This document shows, piece after piece, positions 37,706 through 51,356 of a stretch of 64,000 nt of DNA (position 1 is its first letter; each line of letters starts with the position of its first letter). The position numbers and the translations under genes were made by a program. This stretch comes from Camelus ferus (lineage: Eukaryota), in the NCBI RefSeq assembly GCF_009834535.1, contig NC_045697.1, positions 66,032,001-66,096,000 on the forward strand, read 5' to 3'. The notes under the pieces were generated by a model. The model made no database searches and had not been told where the DNA came from. It saw nothing but the letters and a program-made list of their open reading frames with translations.

Positions 37706-38999
37706 ACCAAAGGCATTTAAAATGTTATCTTTTTACCCTTTCCTGTTTTGGAAATATTCATTCAGCAAATATCTTTCAGGTGCCCAAGTGCCAATTTCTG
37801 TTTTAGATACTAAAGATACAGCCTTATGCAACACAGGCATGGTCTATACCTGTGCTGAACTTAAATCAAACTTAAGTTACAATGGAAATAAACAACTGGA
37901 AAAATATGAAAGACAAGATATTAACTTTTCTAATTAATTTAAAGTATCTCTAAAGTATGTTTTAATTATGCACTTTATCTAACTTATCTATATCCTAATA
38001 GATACACTGAATTAAAGGGTAGATGCAGAAAAATACTGTTCTATTACAGAAAATGTCTTGTAGCTGGATATTTAAAATAAACATTTCCATATTTCAGTCT
38101 TTCAGAGTAGTTACTGTTATTGAACATAGGGACAAATGTAACAGACTATGCTGTTTGGGGAAATGTTTTTTTTAAGTGGTCACATTTACTGTGGTAAGAA
38201 TTGCTTTATAAGTTTAGGCAAATCCAAGGAAGAAAAATTCTTCTAAACCATGGAAATTAAGTCTGAAATTATTTTGAGCCTATTAAACACAATTTTGAAA
38301 TGCCTTCTACAGGGATTATTACATATAACAGATACAGAAATATTTGAAATCCAAGTTACTTAAAAAAAAATCTCTTGCACAATATAAAAAATTTATCCTA
38401 CAGTCTATTAGAGTCTAAAGGAAATAATTAAGTGCATATAAAAAGTCTTATGAATTCTCCTGGCTCTTGAGAACATATTTGAATTTAAAGAATCACTTAG
38501 TATACTTGCTCTTTTCTGAGGGCTTCACTCATTCCCACAAACTGAAAAGTATCATTTAATGAAAAGTATGACTGAGTTTTAAGTCTTCCCTGCCAAGAGT
38601 TGGTCAGAAGCATTCCAAATACACAAAATTCAAAGAGCCAGCAAAAAAGGCTAATTCTACTATGTTAAGTGTAAAGGAAAATTATTACTAGAAAAGAAAT
38701 AGGCTAAAAGTGCAGTCCCTCAGAGTGCTAGAGTCCTCTCATTTCTTCATTTCTGTCTGATTCCTTCTTCTGCCTCAACCCTTCAATAACACAGGACCTC
38801 CACCTATTTTTTAAACACGATCTAGCACACTGAAGTTATACTGATTCTTTTACAACTGTTGACATCATTGGGGTTTTTTTTTTTTTCATGTTGTATCGTA
38901 CATTTCCTCTCATTCTGCTAAAGCTATAGAAATGATTTTCCCATAAACTCTGATCCCAGCCTTTGTTGAAGAATGGGTACATTAAAATGTTTAGCTTAC

Positions 39000-39441
39000 C
39001 TTTAGATGTCTCTCAAATAATCCTACTGTTTGCACTCAAATTCAAAGATCTAGTTTGCTTCCCGTGGAGCTAAAATATTTACTGGCTGCCTTTCACTGGC
39101 TCTACAACCTCCAGGCTGCCTCCCACTTTTCAAATCATTCTTTAATCTCGTTTGAGAAGACAATGGCAGCACAACTATCAGTAAACAGCTGCAGCCTTCC
39201 AGATCCCGGTATTTCATGTTCCACCTCTGGGGCACGTGCATGAGTAACACCAAGCTCACACTATTTCTGGGTTTCCTACTGCTGGATAAGCTATCTTTGC
39301 TGCTTTGTCCTTGGAGAATCTCTAGAAGACCTTGGATAGGGTTATCAATCTTGCAGGAAGCAGACATTAAGCAGTGCCAGTCCACAGAACCTCAGCCTCA
39401 GTACCTGCATCAGGCTCTGATTCACATCTGCTGGCTACTAT
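39000..39441 (-). pseudogene. Decayed exon with IQ-like motif
   Basis: Acceptor tttttggactag, donor AAG|gtaagc, then a 76-nt intron to acceptor catttctatag (exon start 38923). Contains EAAWRL*SQ*KA (39087-39122). Confidence 0.45.
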
Positions 39442-40098
39442 CTAGTCCAAAAACATACAAGTTGTTTCTATTCGTGGCCACATGATCTGCAATCCAAATA
39501 AAGCAGGCAGCATGAATTTTTTTTTTTGATAACAATGAAGCAAGAAGATCTGTGTGACAACTCTCAGGGATAATCAAATATCTCTAGAGGTTCTAGCCAT
39601 ATGTTTTTCATGTATTGGTAGTTCTTCATAATGCTTCAATTCAGAGTGGATTTTTAATGGAAATCAACTTAAATGCCTCAAAATCAATTAATCAGCTTCA
39701 ATTACAATTTCTAGTACAATACCTTATAGCAGGCAATTACTGAGACAGCACAGAATTGGTTAGGACATACTGACACCCAGTTTATATATGTTCTTTAATA
39801 AGTTTTTTGCTTGATTTCTTTTTTAAAATCTCAGGGCAGATATGTAGCATTTTGGATGCTCACGGTCTACCTTATTTTAGGAATTAAATCATTATATTTT
39901 TACTGCTACCTCCCTTGTTTGATACAGATCTCCTAATCCCAAAAGTGTTCAATAACAGTGAATTTAATAAAGGTGAATTAACATTCTTTAAGCTAGTGGG
40001 CTGCCATTCTGGTTAAGCAGTTACAACTGTCCTGCTCTTCAAAGCCACATTTCAGCTCTACCACAATTTTGATCTCAAACTCATATAACTAACCCTAG

Positions 40099-43000
40099 TG
40101 TGAAAGGTAAAACAAACCTGACAATTAAGGAGATAGTTTTATTCAGGCTACTGTAGTAGAGGGATCATTCATTAATAAGGAACATCTCAGGGAAAAAGAA
40201 ACGGCATTAGGGTTTTACAGAGATAAACCAGGATTCACTGAGGGAGGAGGGGGATGGGTCTTATCTAGGAGTATGTGACATTAACGTAGTCTTGTAATAT
40301 CAGCCATTTCTTGGAACATAAAAGAGTAGGGCAGAAGGGTCCTGGCTGTCACTGCTTTCCAGTAACTCAGGGCTCAGATGATATTCCACAATATCAAGAC
40401 AATGACAATTGTTCAAGACAAATGAATGTCATTCATCCTGAACAACTCAGGGCTGATCATCAACCTCCTGACTGGGATGAAGCAAGGTCTGAGAAATAGT
40501 CTCTCAAGGGTTCTAGTTGGCATTATTCCTGTAAAATCAATTGAGTCATTTGTTGAGAAGTCAATTGTTTTAGAGTCCTGGAGGCCTTAATGACAACACA
40601 TTTTAAAAGAGGGATGCTTAAAAGGAAAGAGAAATGTCACTATAAAAGCTTATATTAAGGTAAAGAGCCAAGGGTTGAAACTTGAGGGTACTGGGGCCCT
40701 GGGCAGGCCACCCCAAAGTGTGCCTCATGACATTATTTTGAATTAAAGTTACTTAAGAAGACCTAATGCCAGAGGGACACTTTGACCTTCCTCCCTGTCT
40801 CCCTGAAAGCAGGAAAGAAATCTCTCATATGAAAGGTGCACTCCCTGCGCCCGGAGGTAGAATGACACTTACCACAAGAGACAGGGAATTCTGGAGAGAG
40901 GCCTGTATAAACAAACCTTGTTATTTCTTTAACTTACTGTCTCAAGCCCAAACTTTGTTTCGATTCTTAACTAAGCATCCAAAATCTAAAATTTATTGTT
41001 TCTTTGTCTAAAAAATAGAAAAGCTACCTGCTTTGGCCACTTCTTAGGTCCCATTTCTCTGAGACCTACATGCGCAGGAATTAGAATCTGTTTCTTTTTC
41101 TCCTGTTACTCCATCTTATGTCAATTTTATTATTAGTCCAGTTCCAAAACACAGAGGGGTAGAGAGAAATTTCCCTCTCCCCAAGTAGGTAACCAGTCCA
41201 GGAGATTCCAAGAGGTTGCTGAGGAGAATCTTTTGGTTGTGCAGCACTACTTGTTGAGTTTCACGCTCTGAGCTAGGGTGCCAATGCTCTTGGTGTTGCT
41301 GTCCACAGTCTTGGCTTCACCTTACATAATAAGGGCACATGTAGCCCAAGAGTTTCTCTGGACTTCCTTGGTGGTCCAGACAACCACTCGTTAAGGGAGA
41401 AATCCAGCCCACACATGGACTGCTGCAGAGTCCTTCGAGGTTTATATCAGGTCATCAGGTTTCAGCCGGAAAGGCTTCTTCTGATTCTGTAGAAAGGGTC
41501 GGCTGCTAGGCAGCCTAGAGTCCTGAGGATTTGAGCAGTCAGGTGTCAGTTCCCCATAATGCAGTCAGGCAGAAGGAAGAAAAACTGGAAACAGTTTGGA
41601 TAACGGTAGCCAGATGTCAAAGGAAACTTGTAAAATTTAAAACTTGGTAGGGATTGGCAAATTTATCGGTGTTACTAAATCAAATCCAATTTACAGGTAG
41701 GTACCCAAATTGATTTCTCCATGGGAATGGGGTGGAAGTCATTTAAATCTCGGCCAGACAAGACAGAATTTGCATATTAATCAGCTACCTATAATTTACA
41801 AAGAGATATGCAAAGAGATGGAAACCATGAACTAGGCTTACATCTGATAACTGGTAAGGGTGTGCTATAAATGATGTTTTCAATTTTCCACTGAAGCACA
41901 AAATTTCTACATTACCTACCTTTTGCTCAAAAATAATAACAAAGATTATTCTTGATCACAAAATAAAACTGGCATAATTAGAGTTAGCCTGATTATTTAC
42001 ATAGGTGTAGTGAAAACGGTAATTTACTATCTGGGCCTTGTTAAATTTGCTTTGCTGGAAATTTCATGTGAAATATCAGATCAGACTTTTAAAGGCCTCT
42101 TGAGACTAGGAAGCCAAGTCAAGAGACTGATACTAGATTTCACCAGCAGTAGCTATAAATTTGGGATAATTCCTCTACTCTCAAAATCCCCCAAATATCT
42201 TAAGGTGTCTGGGCTTGCCAGGAAGTAAACTTCCTTAGTCACCTATAAGGCAAGGAACACCATAGCCAGGTACCAGGCTAGTTTTCTCAGCAGGAATTTG
42301 TAAGCATTGCTCCATAAAGTCAATCTTATTTCCTTAAAAGTACCTGGTTATACAGATTAAACGAACATCATTCTCAAATATGACACTCCAAGCAAGGTCT
42401 CAGTTGCATGACCAATGTTTCCAATTATGCTCTGGTAACAAAGAAGACAGATTATTTTTGAATCTAGGAAAATAACTATATTGGTATTAAAATAAGCATA
42501 CTCTATAATAGTTTCCAAATTCTAGAGAGCTAAACGGGAAGAAAAAGATCATTTACAAGTGTTTTATTTTTGTTTTAAAAAGCAGAGTCTACTAAATTGT
42601 TAAACATTAACAATCTTCCAAACAAACACTATAATCATCTCTCATTAGTTCATTTAATCCTATGTAATTAATTCTTACACTGCTTGATCTAGGGCTAGCA
42701 GTTTCTTACACCCTCTGCTTCTTAACTTGAGTTCTGGAAACCCTGACTTAGCTCACTGGTATGATGTCAAAGTTCTTTAAGCAATACCACCAGAAGCCTG
42801 TACCCAGTAATACCTGGCATCATCCTTTTCCACAGAGCACTGAGACAGTCCTTTGCTGATGAAGTATTCAGGCCTGTAGCTGATTGTAAGAGCTTTCAGG
42901 GAAGCATTAGAGAAAAACAAGAAACTATCTGTATATGACACACTTAAAATGACTGTGGTTGAACTATTACTAATACTTTTCCAAAGTGAAAGGTCAGATA

Positions 43001-43670
43001 AGAGTTCTTAACAAGAACAGTGCAACTGACAGAGAAATTTGGTTGCTTCTGTGGTATGCAAAATAAAACAATAAAATCAATCCAGAAAAAAAGTCTATAA
43101 ACATAATGATTAACCTATTTTCAAAAAAGCATGTATATCACATCTAATTTATGAAAATGACTAAACAATCTTTATAAGAAAAAAACTTTGGATACAATAT
43201 ATAATAATTCTGAGACATACTATACTATGAATACACTAAGCATATAGAGTTAGAAGATATACCAAGACTATATCAAGAATATCAAGTAAAAGGATTCTGT
43301 AAGTCTGGAGTAGGTCTTAATCATCTGTATGATGATTACTTCCTTTACTTCACAAAATTTCATCAGTAAGTGATGTGAATCCCCAATTGAAAGCCACTTG
43401 CCTACAAGATGCCAGATTCAAATTAAAGAAGTAAAGCTGTGGCCAACATTTTTTTTAAATAACTGAAATTAGGACTAATAATACTATATTGTTGTTGGCT
43501 AATACCAGGCAAAGCTATTAAGAGAACTCTGATAAACAGAAACGTATCATGGACAGTGAGGACATTGACAATTCTCTGTGAACTTCCCATACAACATACA
43601 ATTTCTAAAATATTTGTATTAATAACATATACAAATCTGATTTAAGCAAGGCTAAGTATCTCTTCTGATT
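40099..43670 (-). mobile_element. Degraded ERV1 (MER4-group-like) LTR plus internal segment
   Basis: LTR-like 40099-~40506 with minus-strand AATAAA near 40140. Internal blocks typical of MER4-group internals: 'gcctgattatttacataggtg', 'tcagatcagacttttaaaggcctcttgag', 'gtacctggttata'. Confidence 0.75.
40691..41187 (+). mobile_element. MER34-like LTR nested in the ERV internal region
   Basis: 'gccaccccaaagtgtgcctc...attattttgaattaaagttactt' and 'tttccctctcccca'; 4-bp TSD ggta (40687-40690 / 41188-41191). Confidence 0.75.
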
Positions 43671-44796
43671 TGGCAGCTTCCCCTCCTCAACCCTACGTTC
43701 CACTCAGCAACTATGTACCAAGAACAAACGAGGTCTCTGGTGAGTCAAAGATAACAAGACATAATTCCTGTCTCCAGAAATTCTTGTCTTACAGTTTAGT
43801 GGGGAAAATACACAGACGAGAGTTAGGGAAGCACAGACTAGCTTCTCTGTGCCCTATCCAGGGAGGAGTGAGGAGAGCGAGAAAAGGGAAGGTGAGGGTT
43901 TTATGTTTGGCTCTTAAAGAAATGATCCATAAACTCAGTGGTTTGAAGAGTAAAAGGAGGAAAAGAAAGAATCTGGGTAGACTTCTTTTAAAAGAGCTAA
44001 TGACTGAATAAATAGGAACATGATGAAGCTGTAGACAAGAGAAGAAACAAGATCCCTGAAGAGATAGAAATCAAGAACACAGATCAAGAACATTGAAATA
44101 CAAGAGTAGATTTAAATGTAGATAAAGTAGTAGGTAAATTCTTCCTTATTCAGGAGAATTTTCTCAATAATTCTGCAGAGTGTGATTCATTGTGATTCAT
44201 TCAGGACTTAAAGAGTATCTGAAGATAGCTTAAATATGTTTAAAATACCTGACAAAGAAAACAGGAAAGAAAAAGAAAACTGTCCTAAGACTGTAAAGTC
44301 CTAAGACTGTAAAAGGATTTTCCATTGGCACTGATTCCCCCAGCAATATTGAAGATGAAATATTTCTGGAGGCACCGATCAACACCACAGGGAACTTTAT
44401 CTAGCAAGGTCAAAGAGTCATAGTGCTGGGTGGAGAAGGCAGATGGTGGCTGAGTACAGGAAGACCTAAGATCTGGAGTGGACTCAAGGATCACCAAACT
44501 GAGGAAGAATCTAGGGAGTGGAGGATCTGCTGCAGTTAATGGGAGGAGTGGTGGGACAGCCTGAAAGAACTGCAGGATAGAACCACTCTAGCTTCCAATC
44601 TGAACCTAAAACATTACACACAGGTCATTATATTATATCACTTTGTCCTCACATCATTTCTGTGAGGTGAAGAGGCATATCTTAGAAACCACAGAATCTT
44701 AGTTTTTGTATAGAAAAGTATTTGTCCCAGAAATTTTTATCACACAAACTCTTTTAAACCAACCCAGATTAGAGTGTGTTTTGGTAATCAATTGAT

Positions 44797-44918
44797 TATT
44801 TAAAAAACTTTTTGAGGGAGGTAATTCGGTTGATTTATTTACTCTTTGGAGGTACTGGGGATTGAACCCAGGACCTCATGCATGCTAAGCATGCACTCTA
44901 CCAATTGAGCTATACCCT
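44797..44918 (-). mobile_element. Camelid tRNA-derived SINE (vic-1-like)
   Basis: tggaggtactggggattgaacccaggacctcatgcatgctaagcatgcactctacc...gagctataccct. Confidence 0.88.
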
Positions 44919-45019
44919 TAATTCCACATTATAGATGGATCTGCTCTCACAGTAAACTCTTTTGTAGCTAAGGATTAGGGTAATTTGCTCAAACATGCTT
45001 TCTAAAGTTTATTCAGTCC

Positions 45020-45445
45020 AACAATTGATGGATAAATAAAAGGTGGTATAACTAAGCAATATAGAGTTATTTGATGATAAAAAAGAAATACTGATACATA
45101 CTATAGAATGGATAAACTTTTTTAAAGCATTTGCTAAGTGAAAGAAGACAGACACAAAAAGCAACATATTGTATAATTCCATTTACATGAAATGTCCAGA
45201 ATAGGCAGATCTATAGAGACACAAAGTGGATTAGCTGTGGTTTAGGGCTGGAGGAAAGAGAGAAGGGAATGGGAAGCAACAGCAATGGGTTCAGGGTTTA
45301 TTTCAGGGAAGAAGATGTTCTAAAATTAGATTGTGGTGATGGTTGCACAACCCTGCGAATATAGTAAAAAATATTTAATTGTACACTTTAAATGTGTAAA
45401 TTACATGAAATGTGAATTACATATCAATAAAGCTGTTTTCAAAAA
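45020..45445 (+). mobile_element. Old L1 (L1MB/MC-type) 3' end
   Basis: 'gctaagtgaaagaagacagacacaaaaagc...aatgtccagaataggca...atcaataaagctgtt'. Confidence 0.85.
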
Positions 45446-46861
45446 TTTTATCCATTCAATGTTTAAGTGAACGAAAATGTATTAACAATTCAAAAACATG
45501 AGTTATTAACAATTTAACAACATGTTTATGAAATATTACAGAACATATATCCTCTACTAAAAATAATTGTTATTAATCATACTATGAGAAGATGGTAAGT
45601 CAATTATTTATCTAATTGATTAAGGAAGATTATTTTTTAAATACTATATGTTTATATATTACAGTCTGGTCTTCTTTCTTGGAAACGTTATCATGGAGAC
45701 TGTCTTATAATTTATTTCATGGTACTTGTATTTCTATAATTTAAGTGATTTAAAACTAATTGTATTGAATTTTGCTCTGTATTAATGTTTTAATGTGATA
45801 TTAATACTTTGGCCTCTGCTTGGACCATATTTATAAAATGTTGCTGTCATTGGTTATTTTAATTACAGAATACTGCTGAATCATTTTATGAAAGATTTAA
45901 AATTTTCTTTAGCATGGATTGCTAATCACTGACCTCAAGATGACCTTTAGCCATTTGGACAGATCATCTCTTCATTTCCTCAGGACTTTTTACTGTTACA
46001 TCCTTGGGCCTAATCAGGTTTCCAGATCAGCTTTACTTACATTCTTCTTAGCAGCCTTAGTTTTTTATGCATTCATTCATTCAATAAATTTTTATTGAGC
46101 ACCTCATGTGACAGGCAGTGAAAATACGCAACAGATACTACCTCCAGAATATAGAAGTTCAGGAAAAATGTATAATTGAATAAATAATTAAAATATTATA
46201 GGCATTGTGGGAGCACAGAGCAGGGAGACCTCAACAGGCACCACAGTCAGGCTAAGGCATTTCAAAGGTGATGTCAAAGCTAAGGCTTGAAAAATGAACA
46301 GAAATCAAGGAAGCAACAAGTAGGGTAGTTCAAAGAAAAAATGTATATGAAAAATTTCAGAAATGAGTGACACCATCAAGCTTCCAAGGTAACTTTCCCA
46401 CAGTTCAGAATGGTTTAAGAATTGAGTGCAAAGAAGGAGATACGGCTGGAGAAAATGAAAAAGGTTTTGATGTGCCTAATTAGCTGTTTTAAGGACTTTG
46501 GATCTTCTAAGGGCAATGGAAGTCATTAACGAGTTTTAAACTTTAAAACAACAAGGTAAGACCTGTGTTTTAGACAGATTGAGTAGTTTTTTTTTTAAGG
46601 TACTTCTCAAAACCAAGAAACCTCCAAAATCCTTATAATCATGATTCCTATGGACTTCAGCTATTATTTCCAAATACTTGATTCTTTTCCCACTTGAAAA
46701 AGAGCTATCCCAAAGCAATAATTAGATCTGCTATGAAGCAATCATGGGGAGTTCTCTTGCCCAGGAGCTTCTAGGTGCAACTGGGTCAAGGACAGTGAGT
46801 AAGAGCAACCCTTTAAAACACTCACTTTGTGGAATGTTCTCCTTTAAAGAAATAATGGTAC

Positions 46862-47014
46862 AGGGCGAGTGGGTATAGCTCAACAGTAGAATGTGTGCTT
46901 AGCATGCATGAGGTCCTGGGTTCAATCCCCAGTGCCTCCATTTAAAAAATTAATGATAAATAAATAAACAAATAGACCTAGTTACCCCCCCCAAAAAAAA
47001 CCAAAAAGATTTCT
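46862..47014 (+). mobile_element. Camelid tRNA-derived SINE (vic-1-like)
   Basis: Same head and B box; near-TSD aaaagaaataatggta / aaaagaaagaatggta. Confidence 0.88.
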
Positions 47015-48296
47015 TTAAAAAGAAAGAATGGTATGACATATATGCACCATGGAATATTATGCAATTACTGAAAACAATGAATTAGAGCTATTGACATGGA
47101 AAGCATTCTAGCAGTAATTCTGACAAGAAATGCAAAATGCAGGTAAATATCTCTATAATCCCATTTTTGCAAAACCATGACATCCACCTCATATATATGT
47201 GTATATTAATATATGGATGTACATGCTTACATATGGTTGAATAAAATAACATGAGCATTTATCACAGGATCTGAGCTGAGCAAATTCACTCTGACTCATT
47301 GAGTTTCCATTTCTTTTTGTTATGTTCTTATGTAAGCCCGTATCTGACTGCACAAAACAAAACATAAAAGAATGAAGTAAAAAGAATCCCACCAACCAAC
47401 TCTCACTAGGAATCTCAGATTAATCCTGATTTTTTAGTGACATTCCAGAATTTTGAATTTTGTGGCACACTCCTTTGCTTCTATAACTCTATTTAACATA
47501 TATTAATTACCTTTAATGTATAAAAATTACTTTCATTTTTCTCCTTATTCTTATAAATCACGTTAGAGAAAATGCCAATTTTTTATGTATGTATACATAC
47601 ACACATGTATGTAACTTTATAGAAATGTATTAATTGTTTCATAAAATCATTAGATTTTTTTCCCTAGTGCTGACTGTTTGTTTTTGGTATTTGCTGCCCT
47701 CCCCACATCCCTCCCTCATCTTGCAGCAACAACCAATGTTATAGAAAAAAAAGTCTAGGACTAACACTTTACACACTTACCATTACCAGGAACTGTTCAG
47801 AGTGCTTTATACATATCAACAATCCCATATGGTGGACACACTGTCCACATGCAGTAAGTCAGGCACGGACATATTCAGTGATAAAGTAACCTGCCTCAGG
47901 TCACACAGGTGTTAAGTTGCAGGGACACATTTGAACCCAGGCAGTCTGACTCTATAGTCCATCCTCTAGCCAGTATTCTAACCTGCCCCTCTTCTCAAAT
48001 TAACATAGCCTTCCATTTTTATCCCCATGTTCAGGTCATCACATGCAAATATACATAAACATGTATATACAATACTAATATACACATACATATATGAGTG
48101 CGAATGTGTGGTTTTGCCAAAATATAGGGTTATAGAGATACTGTCCTACATTTTGTGTTTCTTGCATATAAGCAAGCAGTCATCTTATTTTCAATAGTGC
48201 AATAAACATTCTTGTACTGTGTTCCTACATATTGGTTTTTTTATTTCTGTAATATAGATCCCAGTAGTGGAATTGCTGAGTTCAAGTGTGTATGTA

Positions 48297-48300
<4 letters not shown>

Positions 48301-48342
<42 letters not shown>
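48301..48342. repeat. (TG)21 microsatellite
   Basis: Read directly. Confidence 0.95.
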
Positions 48343-48345
<3 letters not shown>

Positions 48346-48949
48346 CTGTTTGTACTCATTTATATATACAATATATATTTATATATGTACTTTTATTTAT
48401 AATTGACATCATACTGCATTACCAAAAAAGCTGTGTAATTCACATTTCTATTAATAATATGAGAATACACCCTTCCTTTCATTTCCACCAACATTAGAAA
48501 TAAGATTTTTACTTATTAATTAAGTAGTTCTGAACAGATAATACATGCACATGGTTCAGTGTTGGGCAGATAAACAACAGTAGGCAGTAAAACAACCTGC
48601 CTTTTAGTCCTGTCCCCTGGCCAGTCAGTTGCCCTTCCTATAATCAACTAATGACACCAGAAAATTAAGAGGTACTTCACGCACATACAAGCAAACACAA
48701 ATAAATATTGTTTTTCCCACCCTGTTATTGACACATAAGCCCAATGTACTCACTATTCTGTACTTCCTCACTTTTTCTTTAGAATGATACTTCAGGACCC
48801 TTCCAAGTTTGGCCTTTTTTGAGCCCGTCCTTTCATACATCTCCCTGGTATGTGTGTATGTACATTTATAATTGTACAAAAATATATAATATTATATGTG
48901 CTATTTAATAAACTTTTTAATTGCAAGCTATACATTCATCTTCTAAAAA

Positions 48950-49822
48950 AAAACCTCAGCCTTCTTCATTTCAGTTGCTGGTGACTCCATACTTCAGTTG
49001 CTCAGATCATAAACAATGAGGCATTGTTTTTTCTTCCCTGATCCTTCTCTTTCTCTCATACCACACTTTCACTCTGTCAGGGTATTTTGTTGGCTATACC
49101 TTTACAACACGTCCCCAACTACTTCTCATCACCTGTTCTGCTGTCACCCTGGTCCAATCCAATATCTCTTGCCTAAATTACTGCAATGGTCAGCAATGCA
49201 ATGGAAGCCGCCTAAGTGGTCTTCATGCTTCTACCCTTCTGTTTATTCTTAATACTGTAGTTAGAGTGATACTTCCAAATATGTAAGTCAGAGCATATAA
49301 CTTCTACAACCAAACCCTACAATTACTCCCTCTTACACTCTGTTTGAAAACTTTACGGCGGCCTACAAGGCCTTACAGGATCTGGTCCAATTAGCTCTCT
49401 ACCTTCTTTCCCAACTTCTCTTCTTGCCACCCACTCTGCTCCAGTTACACTGGCCTCCCTGATCTTCCTTAAAATACCAGTCATGTTTCTACTTTAAGGC
49501 TTTTCACTAGTTGTTCACTTGGCCTCTCCTTGACACTCTTCTGGTTCACCACCTCATCTTCCAGTCTTTGATAAAATCTCATTTTAACAATGAGACCTTC
49601 ATCCTAGCACTCCTTGTCCCCTTAACTACTCGACCTTATTTTTTTTCCATAGACTTGTCACCTTAAACTATGATAAAACTTGTTACAGTATTTACTGATA
49701 TTTTCCCACTATAATGTAAGCTCCATGAGACAGAGAACATTGTTTTTTTTATTGAAGTATCCAAGTGCCTGAAACAGTGTCTTTCACATAGGAGGCACTA
49801 AATAAATATGGATTGAATAAAT
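48950..49822 (+). mobile_element. L2 LINE 3' portion
   Basis: 'aatgtaagctccatgagacagag...gtgcctgaaacagtg...cacataggaggcactaaataaatatggattgaataaat'. Confidence 0.85.
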
Positions 49823-50899
49823 ACACAGAAGAGAACATAAATGATCTATCAATCAGCCTACCTATATTTATACATATGTCCAGCTTAAAAATAATTAAAA
49901 AGCAAATAACCACTCAGGTCAAGAAACAGAACATCACTAGCACTCCCCAAAATTCCTGATGTAGTCACCCAATCACATCCTCCTCTGTGATCATTCTTTT
50001 TTTCACCCCCAATATATTTCTAACGCTTAGAAATTTCCTCTAAAACTGTTGATGTATCCTTGAAAGGTTAGATAAAACAGCTGTGAACTCACTTGATCCA
50101 AGTCTCTTTTTTAATGTCAGAGTTTAAATCACTTTTCCGATCACCTTTATGGCAATTGTTCTTTGAGTGGCTCTCATACTGTAGCACCCTTGTTAAAACA
50201 CAGATTCATACATCCCACTCCTAGGGTTTCTGATTTAGCAGGTCTGAAAATTTTACTTCTAACAAGTTTCCTGGTGATACTAATGCTGCTCACTGAGGGG
50301 CCACATTTTGAAAACCATTGGTCTCCATAAATAATCCATTTTTTCCTAGGTTTTCAAACTTGGAACCACATTTTCAAATTTGAAGTTTCACATAATGGTC
50401 TCATAATTTCTTTTCTACCTCCTGATCTGAGGTAATGTCTCCTTTATTATGTCTAACCTTGTATACCTTTGTTTTCTTTCATTTTTTGGTGGTCAGGTTC
50501 TGTTTTAATGATCTCAATAAAGAAAAGCTTTGGATTTTTCTTTCTCCTATCAAACATGTTTTATTACTATTCCTTTAATTTCAGCTTTGTGTTTAAATTT
50601 TTTATAATTTCTTCATAAGATTATAAAATTCCTTTAATTCTCATCTTTAGGATTATTTTTAAAGTGTTTTCTGATAATTTAATGATGTATGTGTCAAAGT
50701 TGTATTACAATCTTTCTGCAAGGGAAAAGCCAATCCAAAGCTGGTCTCTTGGTAAAAATGGTTAGAAATAGTTGTTTGCCCAAACACTCCACCAAAAAAA
50801 AAAAAAAAAGTTTGGTGTAATGTCTTTAGACTCTAATTTGGCAGTCAGCTAGGAAGATTAAACAATTAATTTTATATATATAAATATAATATATATATA

Positions 50900-51356
50900 T
50901 ATCCAATGATTCAAGAAGGCCCCCAGTGATCCCTGCCTCCTAGTTCTCATTCCAAATTGTACTAGGATTAGTCTGTGTGATCAGCAGAATACAGCAGAAG
51001 TGATGGCATGGCAGGATGATACGAGGTTATAAAAGGCACTTCAATCACTCTCCTTTTGGATCAGTTGCTGTGGGGGATGCTAGCTGCCACAGCCAGGCTG
51101 ATCAGTAAGGGCCTGAAGCCTGCAAATAACCACATGAGTGAGTTTGGAAGTGGATCCTCCAGTCCTACTTGAGTCTTGAAATGACTGCAGATTCAGATAA
51201 AAACTTGATTGCTATCTCATGAGAAACCCTGAGCCAGAATCATTTGGCTAAGTCACTCCCAGATTCCTGATCCTCAGAAACAATGTGAAATAATAAATAT
51301 TTGTTGTTTTAACTGACTATGTTTGGAGGCTAATTTGTCGTGTGGATAATAGTACA
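50900..51356 (+). mobile_element. MaLR LTR (MLT1E/F-like)
   Basis: 'ggcccccagtgatccctgcctcct', 'cacatgagtgagtttggaagtggatcctcc' and 'aataaatatttgttgtttta'. Confidence 0.8.

Larger units (their letters stand above)
4850..39441 (-). pseudogene. Multi-exon unprocessed pseudogene or decaying gene with IQ-like motifs (identity unknown)
   Basis: Same-strand candidate exons: 39000-39441, 35512-35586, 29736-29771, 19171-19214, 18015-18098, 17642-17801, 16834-16862, ~14967-15249, 14428-14876. Weaker ones lie near 8.5, 7.6, 5.6 and 4.9 kb. Splice phases are compatible, IQ-like peptides recur, and in-frame stops and frameshifts are present. Confidence 0.55.

Noticed and set aside
44290..44590. Purine-rich island as a processed pseudogene
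   Set aside because: Stops in the frames I read, no recognisable protein, no poly(A) or TSD; more likely an old LINE remnant.
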